The translations under genes and the position numbers were made by a program. Below the pieces are notes generated by a model that was not told the origin of the DNA, ran no database searches, and saw nothing but the letters and a program-made list of their open reading frames with translations. Shown here one piece after another: positions 30,153-43,921 of a stretch of 64,000 nt of DNA. Positions within the stretch are counted from its first letter, which is position 1. Every line of letters begins with the position of its first letter. The stretch comes from Podospora anserina (taxonomy: Eukaryota), in assembly GCA_017654855.1 (NCBI GenBank), contig CM030332.1:5208001-5272000 (forward strand), read 5' to 3'.

Positions 30153-33100
30153 TTAAACAGCCTGTTGAATAGTAGCAAGGCGTTTAGCAGCAGCCTCGGC
30201 CGCAAATGCTGCCACAAACGGCGCCGCGACCTCGTTGCCGCAGGCGGATATGTGAATGTGGTTATCGCCGCGGGCGGCGTACCCAAGTATCATGCGGTGA
30301 GGGTGGAAAGCGGTTGTCGCGATGGGTGTTAACTTGAGCCCGGCGGTGAAGCTAGTCGATGGTTCCAGACGCGACAGCTCGTGGCCGTCAAAGTCGAAGA
30401 CCTTGACCAAGTGGGCGGATGTGCCACTGTGAAAAAGAATTAGTAAAAATTCTTCAGATGGTTGTGATATGCAGGAAAAAAAAACCTACACAGCAAACAC
30501 AGGCAAATGCTCATGAGTGCTTGCCGTCCTGAGCACATCCTTCGTAGCCTGGAACACCTTCAGAGGATTCTCCATGCGAATATCCCATAACCGGACTTTG
30601 CCATTCCTGCTCGCCGACAGCAACTCGCGCTGTCCGCCACGCTGCATATGCACTGATCGCACCCACTGCCTGCTGTCATCCTTCCACTTGCGCACCATGC
30701 TCTCCTGCGGTCTGTTTCTCGTGTCAAAGACACGAATAGCGCCATCTCCAAACCCAGCAATGAAGATGTTGCCTGTCATCTGATCAGAAGTCAAAGATGT
30801 AACACAAGATCCGGAACGGGCTGGGATCTCATGCGAGCACATCTCGTGGCCTGCGTTCCATATCCGGATAACACGCTCGTCTCCTGCCACGAGGACCTGG
30901 CCATTGACCTGCTGCCAGTCAAAGACCATGCCTGAGTTGACATTGGACGGCACCATGTGCGTCAAGGCACGCCATGAAGAGGCAAGCTCAACACCTTCAT
31001 CACTGTCGTAGTTCCGGTAGATGCGAATGACACCATCCGAAGACCCACTCATGAGAAGAGCCTGATCATCTTCATTGATGAACTTCATGTCCGAGATCTT
31101 CGACCCCTCAGGGTTGCCATTGGAGAAGTGACTCTTGCGGGTGCCATTCTTCCAATCCCAGACTGTTACCGTATTTCCATCATCTGCAACGGCAACATGG
31201 TCCTCGAATTGATGAAACGACATCTTGGCCGGCTGTGCACCATTGTTGATGATACCGATCTGGTTGTTCCACTTGTGGGTTCCCGCCTGTGCTTTCTGGG
31301 GCTGTGTCTCTCTAAGAACAGCCTCATTGCGAGATCGACGCCAGAGTCGTTCATTGTACTCGTGACTGCCGGGCTCCTCGGCTTCAGCGAGCTTCATCTG
31401 CGGTTCCCGGAAATATTCCGTCGACCAGTCCAAGAATGTGCTCTCCAGGGGAAGCTTGGGCACCTCAGTCAAGCTGCGCTCCCGATACCCTGCGCAAAGC
31501 GGTTCGTTCGCAATATGATAATTGGCTGGCGAAGTCGCCTGGTCGTTTTGCTCGGGCGGGGCATTCTCGAGACTAGGTCCTTTGCGGCTTCTATGAGAAA
31601 GGGTTCTGGACAGTCCTGGATTTGTGGCCTTTGGCAGTCCTGGAGTTAGGGGAGGGTTTGTGAGTCCCGCCGGCGTGTTCTCTTTGAGTAACGGCCCAAA
31701 CAGATAGCTCGCCGTTCTCTTGAGAAGCCCAGGGGACGGCATAGGTTGCGCCATAGCAGTGTGTGTGCCAAGCACGCTGCTTCTCTGGCTCATATCACCC
31801 CTCGACACTTTTCTAGCGCGTCTGAGGATTTCATCCATGAGACTCTGCGCCTGCGGCCCCACGGGGGAGTGTAGCAGGGCATGATGGACGTAGTCCAGAA
31901 TAATGGTAGCATCCCTTTGAACTTCAGGGTGCGGGTCGACACTCAGGATGTCGATGTGCTTCCAGCAGGCTGCAAAAATCGAGTCGTGAGCGACACCAAA
32001 AGCAATGGGTCTGATGGTGCCATCCACCTCCCGATTTTCCTTTCTGGCGTAATGCAAGCCCATCTTGTGATCCAAGCCGTCCTCCGCTGGTGGGTGGAGC
32101 ATGTATTCCTTCTCCTCCAACAGTTGCTCATAAGCAGCAACCAAGAACTTGTTTTCGTACCGCAGCACGAACTTGGAGAAGAAAACAAGCAATTCCTTGC
32201 GGACAATCGGACTGCCGTCTGTGGCCAGTTCGAGCATGGTCCAAGCGATGCCTTCCTCAATCCTTGCGACTTCATCTGTGAGGTCGGGAATGCCAAGGAA
32301 GGTGGTCATGGCATGGGCCATGGCAGCGCGAACCTCGGGGAATGGGTCCTTGATTAAGAATGCTAGCTTGAGGTGAGCGTTCTCACGGATTCCCCGCCAT
32401 TTGGCTTCTGGAAGATCTCTCCATAACTGGCTAATGCAGAGACACGACCACTGCCGCAATAGCGGGTCTTCGGAATGAGTGACATGGTGCAAGCAGTATT
32501 TCATGATGTCGGTCGAATTGCACACAACCTGACCCGGCTTGAAACCCTTGCAAAGCATAGCCAAGATGAAGGCGCACATGGCCTTGTGAGACGTCTGGAC
32601 AATGGTGCCGTTGACCAGAATCGTCTCTTGGGGCTTCAGAATGTCGGCAAAGTAGTTGTACCCATTATCTTTGATCAAGTCTTGCTGGCATGAGATGTCA
32701 ACGGCTAGGATGCGCGCCCAGATGAAGACGAGCACCGGTTTGAGATCCTGTGCGACAGACTGGAGCAGTTTCAGGACATAAGGAAAGATGCCGATACTGA
32801 GCGCAAGCTGAACGGCCCATGGTCCAAGGTCCAAAAACCTAGTAAGTAGGATCAAGGCTCTAAGTCGGTGTTGCTGGCTTAGTAAAACCTGTAGGACCAC
32901 CGGGAGTTGTTCGGGTGGCTTTTGGGATTGTGCATCGCCTCGACAGAGGTAAATCTCGAAAGCCGTGAGCTGCTCCGTGAAGAAAGTCGAGTTGACATAC
33001 TCGTAGGGAGTACCGTCGAGCTCCTTCCTCTCCAGCATTGGGAGCTGGGCCAGAGCCATGTCAACGGCGAGATCCCAACTATCCCAGAGAGGATGTTGAC

Positions 33101-35028
33101 GGGTATCCGGCAGTTCGGGATATGACTGCGGATGACAGCCATACACAGGCATAATGCGCTGCGCCAGGAGAAACGCTCGGAAGAGTGCCGCGACTGGGGA
33201 TAGCTGGGTCAGAATAGTACTACTCCGGAAAGCGCGATATTGACTTACCAACTAAATCTTGTCTGAAGAACATGCGGAAGAGCTGACGAGGAAGGGTCGT
33301 CCACGCAATGGTATCAGTGATAGCTGTGAAGATCCAGTGAAGTTCCCCAAGCGGAGTCCTACGCTCTTGAAGTCGGCCCGATAACTTGCGAGCTCGCTCT
33401 GGAGTCAGATTGGTCTTTAATGGATTTTGCAACACAAAAAACCAAAGAGCCATCTCAACTGGCGTGGTGAGACAGCAGGTGAAAAGATCAGCCGGTAGCT
33501 GGGGGTTCGTTGGGAGATTTTCCTTTGTGCCGCAGGCAGCTAGGTGGATATATGGCCTGTAGTTCTGCCTTTCGCAATTTGGATCCTTCTGCCTCAGCTC
33601 CTTCTCCTCCTCCTCATGTTTGTCCACGAACTTGTGGTAGTTGGTCAGAATGTTGCCCGCCTCTGAACAATCCCAGACGAAAACCGTGGGGGCCTGTAGC
33701 CATTGCTGGAGATCGTACAGTGACACAGGAATGTACTGAGTGTAATTTTTGTTGAAAACCCAGATTTCACCAGAAGTCGTCGGCTTGGGAACTCCGTGTC
33801 CATTGTAATGAAATAGAATCCGCTCGTCCTTGGCATTCCGCCGGAGAGAAACACAAAACTTCTTCGTCTCTTCAATCGAAGGGTCCAGGTATTGCTTGTA
33901 CCGGGTCCGGAAAGCGATCGACTCATACTGGGTTTGGAGGGCTTTGCCAATGTTCTCCAGGGCCTTGTTTGTTGGGGGAACAGTTGGATCTTGCCAAGCT
34001 TCAAGCTTTGCACCAGGCACGGTTCGCAACTGATCAGGAGGCTCAACCCCTATATTGAGACATACTGCAATGGCTGCGGACACCGTCTTGAGACGATCAC
34101 GCATTCGCCAATCCTGGATCTCGAAAGCGGGTGTTTTGGGCTTGCCGGTTGTCTCATGTCGTTTATCAGTAAAATACATGTACCAGCTCTGAAGCCAGTG
34201 TTAGTCAATGCCTCTACGTTGTCCATATAGGTTGCTTGATGTTGGAGCTGAGACAAAAATAAAAACAGACAATAGGGGGTAGCATATGATATAGCACATA
34301 GACGCCAAAGTCAATACATGAGCTACTGTCCCCGAAGAGCGCACTACTGGCCCACCGTCGCAAGACTAACGACATAGAATGGAACGGACAGGAAGCCAAT
34401 GGCTTGAAAGAAAAGAAATAAAACTTACATTGGCGAGTTGGGATATTATGGCCTTTGATTGATAGTGGTCCTCGAAACCATGCCTCGCACCCCACTCGTG
34501 AATGTCCTCTTCCACAACAGTCTCGGCGTCCTCCATCCGGATTCCATGCTCGCTCTTGGACCGCAGTAATGGGGGTTTTACTGGTCTGGAAACAACGCCA
34601 TTCGTCTCAAGCTCGTCTTCGTCATCGGTATGTTGACAGTTGACATGCTTGTCTCCCGGAGCACTCGAGGGCCGTCGAGCAGCAGAGGTTGGTGAAATGG
34701 ATCTATGCCGACCATTTGTCGTTGGGTGGGCAGACCTTAAAGCGGAATTTCCAGGGGACTCGGAATGACCGAAACCATCGCCTTCGTTCCGCAAAGAAGA
34801 ATATCCGGCAGCTTGCGCGCGCGGTTGCGCCTGTGCCATGAGTTGAGCGTTCTGTCGGGAGAGCGAACTCGGGGCTGTGCTTGAACCGGTAGCAGCTGCT
34901 TGTCCTTGCTGTCTGACGGGTGCGGGGCCATTAAAGCCGGCGGTGTTGTTAACCCTCGAGATCTGGGCTGCGTGTTGCCGATGACCCTCGGCAGGCTGGG
35001 GAGGAGTCGAAAGAGAAAGGGCCGTCAT
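30153..35028 (-). CDS. KOG1: TORC1 subunit Kog1/Raptor/Mip1; exons 35028-34429, 34188-33249, 33193-30490, 30426-30153
   Basis: Raptor N-terminal conserved domain (DWRMRDRLKTVSAAIAVCLNIGVEPPD, LFHYNGHGVPKPT, PPEQLPVVLQVLLSQQHRLRAL), HEAT repeats and C-terminal WD40 repeats. Three GT-AG introns join in frame. Confidence 0.97.
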
Positions 35029-37804
35029 GGTCGATATCTTTACCGGCGGCGGGCCACCATCGTTCTCGAAGGTAGCTGTCGGTAAAGGTTGAAAAGGTCG
35101 GAGTTGAAAGAAGTAGGTGGGCGAACCACAGCGCTGGGGTGGCTGTTATGTGGTGGTGGTGAGTTGGATGGAGATCGGGGCCGGTGATGGGGCTGCAATG
35201 GCGACGTCAACGCGGATCATGAACCTGCGCTTATGCCCACGCCTCTGCCACTGTGTGCGACTGCGACAGGTTTGCAATGATCAGCTCTCAGCTCATATGC
35301 GCTGGCCGTTTGGATTCGAGCTCTCGCAAACTCACAAGCACAATGCACTGTCTGGCTACTCGGTCTTGTCTTCTTCAGCCTCAACAGCCAGGCCGTTGTT
35401 ATGTCTTGGTTTGAGGTCAACAGCTCAGTGACAATGCAGAGGTGGACAACATCCGCAGTCGATAGCCGCGGGCAGCTTCTTGGCTCCGTAGGTGGGCTTG
35501 CAGCCAGAACCTCACCGCCCAAAGTGGAGCCGGAGTTCACTAATGTTGGCTGGTGCACGGTCCCTCCGCAGCAGGTGTTCAATTTCTCGTCAGCCTCGTC
35601 CAATGGCTGCAGCTGCGATTACATACAACAGCTTCTGCTTGCACGTGACGCTTCTTGAGAGCACTGATGGAAAGAGCAAGCAAATTGCTGCTTTCTAAAT
35701 GATCTGATTGGCTTTCGTGTACTCTCTTCTCCTCGTGGATACTGTGAGAGGTTTACACAGTTGCTCTTATCACTCACTTCCTCGAGGCTCTGTTTACCTA
35801 ATGATTGTCTTACATTCGATGACTCGCCTCTTTGTTCCTTCCCTTTGCCTACCTATGGTAAGTGTCCATCTATATTTCTCTCCTACCTAGGGGAGGCCTT
35901 CCTATCCTTTGTTGTCTTGTTGTTTATGGGACTTGTTTGTGCAGCAGTTACCTTTTCTGTTGTGTTGTCATTCCCTCTGAGCATTCTCTTACGCAGCGTA
36001 CATTTACACTTGAACGGTTATGTGTCGTCTCCTTTTCAAGAAGATTTACACAACTTGCAAACTCTTCTACAAAATATCAACCGACCTAACAATTTTCTCC
36101 CGAGATCATTGCTTACTCATGGTGCTCATGTGGTGGTTCTGTGCCCCTGATGTGCACCAAAGAACGGAAAGCTTGGAGAAACATGAAACATCATCCATAA
36201 CCTGGAAGCTGGGGTCCGAAATAGGACGAATGCAACGCTAGGACGCATGGACACGGAGCGAGCAACAAGACTGAATATGAAATCTTGCGAGATTTTGTTG
36301 ATGATCGCAGCTTCATGCGTGCGAGACATTTTTCAAGGAGATGATGCACGTCGTGTCTTCCGTAGGGGCTCCCTCTTTCTTTTTGTCGGAAATACCCGGC
36401 TGGTGGTATAGGAGGCCCTCGAAGTGCTCCCATAATATGAGATATAGGGTAACATGCGTGCTACGGAGTACCTGCCTGTAGGAAGAGTTTGAGACTTCAC
36501 TAGTGGACATGTATGATGATTTGCAGCAAGAGGGGCACTTCTGCATGTGCTGACCCAACCTCCACAGCAAAAGGTCGACTCTGGTATCATCTTGCCTTGG
36601 GTAATTCTGTTGGTTACACGGTAGAGCTTCAAGGGCCAAAGGAAGAGACTCCGACACCCCGCGATCTTCACCTTTAGCCTATCCTCACCAGCTCATGGTT
36701 GATATTCGAGATGTGTATTTGTGCCATTTTCTTCAGTTTACATGAGACTGGATCCCGGACGAAAGAGGCGGACGAACAAAAGATCAACATCAGTTTCGCC
36801 GGCAAATATTAATAGAATCGGCTGACAGTGCCTCTCGTCTGCTTTGCTGTGCCGGTTGGTGCTGATCGAAGGGTGCACCCGGACCACAGAATTGCATCCC
36901 AACAACGTCGTCTTTCTGGAAAAGGCCACGAGCAGCTTGAACAGAGGGTGAGCGTGAGCCCCTGAGGACTGGCTCAGGGAGTCCCAAGGGGGTGACGGGG
37001 ATTGAGCAACAGGCCCGGATTGGCTGGTCTGGGAGCGAGGCGGGAGTGCCTGTATCGTTCCATCCACTCAGAGACCGTCTTTGTGCTCCAGGTCTCCGCC
37101 GAGCGTCCCCGGCCGCTAGCGTAGGCGATGTCCTGCGCCAGGCGCTGATGAATTCTCACCTGCCCACGGGCATAGAACTCCTGGACACCGGACCTGCAGT
37201 TCTCTTCTCGCCAGGCTTGACCCGGTCGCATTAAACTTTATCTCCTCCACCTCTGTCATCCACAGACAAACCGAATCCACGGTCACGGAAAGCATCCTTC
37301 GCATATCGGGCACAGCATCTCTTTTTCTGCTTGTCTTTCTTTTTGCTCCGTTGTAGTTATCATCGCATTCGCCTGTTCAAGCGTGCACCTCCGAGGCGCT
37401 GCTCTTTCGTCCTGCTAGGTGCTGGGGGCACTTTGCTGGGCTGACCAGGGACCCCCTCAAAAAATAAAAAAAAAGACAGGAGGTTGAACCTGAATCTGTC
37501 CCGTCCAAAAACCGAACCCGCTGCGCCCGCTCCACCACGGCGAGCGAACCGATGCTTTCCCAGCCTTCTCGAGACACGACCGCCGACGACATTCCCGACT
37601 CCCGCACCTCTCCTCGTTGGAGCCCACGCTGCCCACCCAGCTAACTCCGCAGTCGTCCGCGTCCACCAGCTCCGTTCGCCCTCTCCCACCTGCAGGCTCC
37701 CGTCCGTAGCGGTCCCTGATCAATTTGCCCGGTCAATTGACGACGTGTGCCTACGCCTGCTCCTGGCGACACTGTAGTCCGGCCAGCAGTTCTACGGTGC
37801 CATT

Positions 37805-40800
37805 ATGGCCTTCCTCTTCAAGTCCAAGAAGAGTCACGACCGGTCGCTTGCCAGTCGGGATGGATCACAGGGCTCGGCGTCGGGCATGGGTGGCGCGGCG
37901 GCGCGCGTCAGAGATGAGAAGGGGTCACGATCAACACCCACTGGCAGCTTAACCTCCCTCGATGTCGACGGCAGCATTGGTAGTCCTGATCAATCTTATG
38001 CTCGCCAGCGAGGCCAGAGTCTGGACCAGCAACAACCGACACCTCCTCAGCTGCAGCAACCGCCATCGAGTGACTTACCGGTAAGCTTCCATCTCAAGCG
38101 ACGTCGCAATGTGCATCAGCATCTTGTCTAACGTTGGCCATCGCAGCTGCGCAACGGTCCTCCTCCTACACAAACGGCGCCGAATCCCAATGCCTCGCTA
38201 TACCCATGGTCTCAGCGCCGACTAACCTACACGTCCTCGCATCCCAGCCCGTTCCCAAGATATGGCGCCGCTGTCAATGCCGTCTCCTCGAAAGAGGGTG
38301 ACATATACGTAATGGGCGGTTTGATCAACAGCTCGACAGTGAAGGGCGATCTGTGGCTCATTGAGGCCGGGGGAAACATGTCTTGCTACCCACTAGCTAC
38401 AACAGCTGAGGGCCCAGGGCCTAGAGTCGGACATGCCAGTTTGCTCGTAGGGAACGCTTTCATCGTCTTTGGTGGAGACACCAAGATCGAAGAAACAGAT
38501 GTTCTCGATGAGACCTTGTATCTTCTCAACACATGTGAGGCTTGCAGCTCCACCAGGTTGGCTCTATCATGCTGACAGTTTTACAGCAACGAGACAGTGG
38601 TCGAGAGCTTTGCCAGCCGGATCACGACCCAGCGGACGTTATGGACACTCGCTGAATATTCTGGGGTCAAAGATTTACATCTTCGGTGGTCAAGTGGAGG
38701 GTTATTTCATGAATGACCTTGCCGCTTTTGACCTGAATCAGCTGCAGATGCCCAATAACCGCTGGGAGATGCTCATATCATCAACTGAGAGTGGTGGACC
38801 GCAGGGCAAAATCCCGCCAGCCAGAACGAACCATTCCGTGGTAACATTCAACGACAAACTTTACTTGTAAGTTTTGATGCGGGGAGACGTAATATTCTTC
38901 ATGCTAAGATTGGTTAGGTTTGGTGGTACCAATGGATACCAATGGTTCAACGACGTCTGGGCATATGATCCCGCTGTCAACACTTGGTCGCAACTAGACT
39001 GTATAGGGTACATTCCGTCTCCCAGAGAAGGCCACGCTGCTGCTATCGTCGAGGATGTCATGTACATCTTCGGCGGCAGGACGGAGGAGGGTGCGGATCT
39101 GGGTGATCTTGCCGCATTCAGGATCACTTCTCGCCGCTGGTACACTTTCCAGAACATGGGCCCATCCCCCTCGCCGCGGTCCGGACATAGCATGACAGCA
39201 GTTGGAAAGTCCATCATTGTGGTCGGAGGAGAACCAAGCTCGGCTCAGACAGCAGTCAACGATCTCGCGCTTGTTTACTGCTTGGATACCACAAAGATTC
39301 GCTATCCCAACGACGCAGGCCCTAGCCAGACTTCACCTAGAAATCAACAACGACGACCTAGCGATGCCACTCCACAAATCACCCTGAGGAATGTGTCTCC
39401 ACGTGATGGTTCGAACGGCCCGCCCGATAGTCGACGCCCACCAGGAGGTCCTGGTCCCAATGGATATCGGTCACCTAATGGCCCTGCTGAAGTGAGCCCG
39501 GCGGGAGGACCACCAAGCGGTCCTCAAAAAGCTCGATCCGCGGGTCCTATGAGCCCAGGGGGTCCATCTGGTGCCCCTCCATCTGGACCACCTCCCCAAA
39601 TTCAACCGCCAAAACCTGGCCCTCCAGGTGGAGCACCCCGGCCTGCCAGGAATGCCTCAACGGAGCGAGGCGACCAGCCCCAGGGCTCCCCAATCACATC
39701 GGCACCGCCGCAACAGGTTGCGGCGTTGAAAGAAGGCGAAGGACTTGGCGCAACTGGCCGGCGCACTCCGACAAGTCAGAATCCTAACCCGCCCCGCTCT
39801 TCTTCAAGACAAGCTGAGGGACAGCCTGCCGATGCCGCGAGATCCAAAGCAACGAGACAAGGACGCGGGCAAGGCTCCGTAGATAGTACAACGGAGCCAG
39901 CTCTCAAGCCAGCTCCGGCTCGCCCAGCGTCCCCACCACCGCCTACCCGACAACCCAGCAATCCTATATCTCGAAGGTCTTCCGCCCGGAACTCTCAAAC
40001 GGTTACACTTCTAAAAGAGCTGGATGCCGCAAGGAACCGCAACGCATGGTACGCCTCCGAACTGGAGTTAGCGCGCAAGGCTGGCTATTCACCCAATGCG
40101 TCACTGAGCCCAATCTTGGACAGCCGTGCCGCGGAAACATTTGATGATGAAGACAAACCCTTGATCGAAGCTCTCCTTGCTATGCGGCAAGAGCTTGCCA
40201 ACGTACAAGCCTCGGTCGACAAGCAGGCAGTTCTGGCTGCCCGACAAATTGCTGAAGCAGAGAAGCAGCGAGACGCAGCCATTCAGGAAGCCATTTATGC
40301 CAAAGCGAAACTAGCTGCGAGGGGTGGAAGCGCCAGAAGCACACCACAGCTCGATGACAAGGAAGTAGGAGATCGTGCCAATGAGATGAGCAAGAAGCTC
40401 GCACATGCTCTCAGTGTACAAAAAGAGCTTCAAGATCAGCTGGAGCGCATCAAGACCGACTTTGACGCCGAGAAGAAGGCGCGCAAACTGGCAGACGACA
40501 CGGCAAATGCGGCGCAAAAGCGAATGGCAGATCTCGAGAGTTATAAGCAGCAAAACGCATCCGAAGTCGAACGGCTCAAGGCTGAGTTGCATATGGCTCA
40601 GCGTGAGGCCCGGGAACAGTCTGTTGCGGCAGCGGAAGCGGTGGCGGCTACACAAATGCTACGTGTTGAGAAGGAAGAATATGAGCAGAAGTATAATCAC
40701 CTTGTTGGAAACAATAAGGACCAGGTCGACACCTTTGAGACTTTCCGTGGCGCGCTCGCAGCTTCTGAGGAGACCAAGGCTTTGCTTGAACGGAAGCTGG

Positions 40801-42410
40801 AGGAGGAACGCGCGCTCAAGGAGAAGATCGAATCGAAGCTCAGCAAACTGAAAGCCGAGCATGAGACTCGTACAGCTGAACTTGTTTCAGCAACACAACG
40901 CTTACGAGATGCCGAAGAGCTGGCCGAGAAACATGCCAGTGAGGCAAAGCTGCAGCGCCAGGCTTTGTTGTCAGGCCTCGACAAGATGTCTGCCAAAGAT
41001 GTTTCAAAATCGGACAAGGCTGATCATGACCGCATCCTTGCTCTGCAGGGTCAACTTAACGCTGCCAACGCGCTGGTAAGGAAGTATCAACAGGAGGCGG
41101 ACAGTGCGGCAGACAAGCTTCGGGGAGCCGAGGAACGAATTGCAGGGCTGGAGGCATACCAAGAACAGGCAAGCAGAGAGGGTGTTTCCATCCGCCGACA
41201 GCTCCAGGGAGCTTTGAGGGAGACCCAGAGTCTTCAAGCCGCAAACTCGGAGTTGAAGCAGCAATTGTCGAAGCAGCAGCTTGAGACAAATGCGGTCGTC
41301 GTCCAACACAACACACTCAAGGACATCCTTGTCGAGCGAGGCATCTCACCTTCCTCCGCGACCCGTGCGCGTAATAGTCCGCGCGGCAGTCCTCGGGAAG
41401 CTTCGCCTGAGCGGGCCCGTGTTCGTGAGTTGGAGCAGCAACTTGCAACTGCCCAAAATGCCCTTGAAGAGACAAAAGCACAGGCAACCGAGAAGCTCGT
41501 ACAGCTTGAAAACGACTACCAGTCTGCCGTACAATACGTCAAGGGGACCGAGAAGATGCTCAAGCAACTCAAGGATCAGCTGACACGCTACAAGACTGAG
41601 AATGGCCGTCTGAAGGAACAGGTGGTGGAATTGGAGGACAAGCTTGAGGCTGGAGGTGGTGCTTCCAAGAGCGGCCCCACAGACTGGGAATCTGAGAAGG
41701 AGACCTTGTCGGCCGAGATTGGAAGATTACAAGCTGAGCTCAAGAACACGGCGAGCCAGCTCGAGAAGCAAGTTCAGTCCATCCGTCAAGACCTGGCAGA
41801 AGTTCAGAAGGAACGAGATGTAGCCGTCAAGACCAGCGAGGACGCGAACCGACGCCTTGAGGCCCATAAGAAGGACCTGGAGCAGCTGCAGCAGGAGAAT
41901 ATCCTCCTCGAACGCCGAGCCCAGGATGCCGAAAACAAGGTTAGCACACTTCTTGATCAGGTGGAGCTGAGCGTCGACAACTACCGCCGACGAAGCAGAC
42001 AGGCCCCCAGCCTCAACTCCGAGACTATTGGATCCAACGCCGCCTCCGGACCCGGCGGTACCAACGGAGGAAGCAGCAGTGCTGGCCTGGGTCATAACAG
42101 GCAAGAATCGGGCGGCTCTGAGAGCCTGTACGGTGGCGTGCCCGGTGAACGTGAGGTTAACAGCGTCGGCGGTGTCGGCGAGCGAAACAGCAAAGCGCTG
42201 GACAGCCTCGCCCACGAACTCGACAACTTGCGCAACCAGTGGGAAGCGACTAACAAGCAATACCGACTGAGCACAACGCAGTATGAATATGAGACCAACC
42301 CCATCTCTCCGGGTGGAAAGCCAACCAGCACTGGGCTGAGCGAGAGTTTGGCCGACTGGAGGAAACGACTTGACGAGAGCCACCCCGGTAGCCCTGGCGA
42401 GGCGAGATGA
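37805..42410 (+). CDS. KEL1: Kelch-repeat and coiled-coil cell polarity protein Kel1/Tea1; exons 37805-38080, 38147-38534, 38587-38866, 38918-42410
   Basis: YPWSQRRL...PSPFPRYG, Kelch repeats (PGPRVGHASLLVGNAFIVFGG, PSGRYGH, PPARTNH, PSPREGH, PSPRSGH), Pro-rich linker and a long coiled coil. Confidence 0.93.
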
Positions 42411-43921
42411 ATTGATGGATGGATAGATGAAAAAGGAAGGAGAAAAACCTGGTTTGTTTTTTTCTTCTTCAAGGAAACACGAAGCATGCATGGCATGAAT
42501 TCACATTGGGCAATGTTCATCTACGCACCTACACACGACCATGTACACAACCACGCATACCACACCACACCAAACCGTCTCTCTTTTGACACAACGGGGG
42601 GGGCATGTAATACCTTTATTTTTGGCTTTAGAAGTGTTGGGGTGGAAGGAGGGAGGACAGGGCCAAGGATTATTCGGGTTGATATTTTTTATTATCTTTT
42701 TTGGCTTTTTTCTGTTTCCCCATTCTCTCTAATCTCCTTTCTCCTTTCGATGGTAGGGGTTCGGCTATACATTACACGCCCACCTTTTCTACAATGGGGA
42801 AACCTTTTTTCTTTTCCTGTCATCTTGACCTCATTTGCTGTTGTTGTTGCTGCTGGTGCTGCTGTAGTTGTGGCTTGAATGTTTTTTTTGTTTTGGCATA
42901 ACGTTTGCTGCTTGCTGCTTATTGTTGTTGAGAGGGTTTTGATATGGGGAGAGCGAGTTATGGCACGCACACACAGAGCTTTATGTATGGCACGGCGCGC
43001 GCGCGAAATTAAAATAATACATGCTGTCTTTTTTTTATTGTTGTTCAATTACTACTCCTGATAGTCTGCAAGGCGATGTGAAGGATCAGAAAGTGGAAAG
43101 AGAGCAATAGCTGTATGAGGAGAAAAACTGCAAGAGGAATTTTGAACTAAGAGTTGGTTTTGCTAGCTGGATTAGTTTGTGTTTGAATATATGGAAGGGG
43201 AAAGGGATTGGGGAAGGGTGGGGGGGTTATGGGGGGTGAATCGGGTGAGGTGCTGAGGAAGATGAGAGGTAGAAATGGAAGGAAAAAAAGGTGAGGGGGA
43301 GGGATATCGGGGTGTTTATATAGACTTTTCTATCATCGTTGTTGGTCTCGGGAGAAAGCGTTGGCTTGCGTGTTGGCTGCATATAGAGAGTAGTTTGTAA
43401 TTGGACGGTGAGATAGGTGTTGGTTTGAAAACCTGAATGATGATTATTATATCTGGATGTTCCTCACCTTTGCATTTTTGAGGCAAAAGACTTGCTTTAC
43501 GTCGAGTGGTGAGATCAGCGCTGTGACATGTTGGTCTGTCATGAGAGTTCGATGGATGAGCACCTGAAGTGTCTTGTGAGAGACTCATCCATAAACTAAA
43601 CAAGGTTAGCCTTTTAGGCAAGAGTACTCTGACTTCAATCACATGTGAGTATGAAGGTGGGTGTCAGTCTAGAAGAAGCACAGCTGGTGCTCGGGTATGG
43701 TAGGCACTCAGCAAAGATAACTCGTAAACTGACAGATGTGCTCTTTGGCCGCACTCTTGACATGTCGTCTACCAAAGCTGCCGCGAAAGCTAGTCACGCA
43801 AGTCTATTCATAAGCCTCGTACCCATTCATTGCTAACCTCACAAGAACACCGATCCCCAACCTACGCTACCAATCCCATCCTCCCAAACCCCCTCCCCAT
43901 CCCACCACCCCCTACGCTTGA

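Noticed and set aside
35700..36700. Hydrophobic short ORFs in the KOG1-KEL1 spacer
   Set aside because: T-rich low-complexity intergenic DNA yields Leu/Phe/Ser-rich frames with no coherent splice model or motif.
41727..42520. Minus-strand ORFs of 142-254 aa over the KEL1 3' end (also 63035-63871 over the last gene)
   Set aside because: Antisense shadows without independent evidence.
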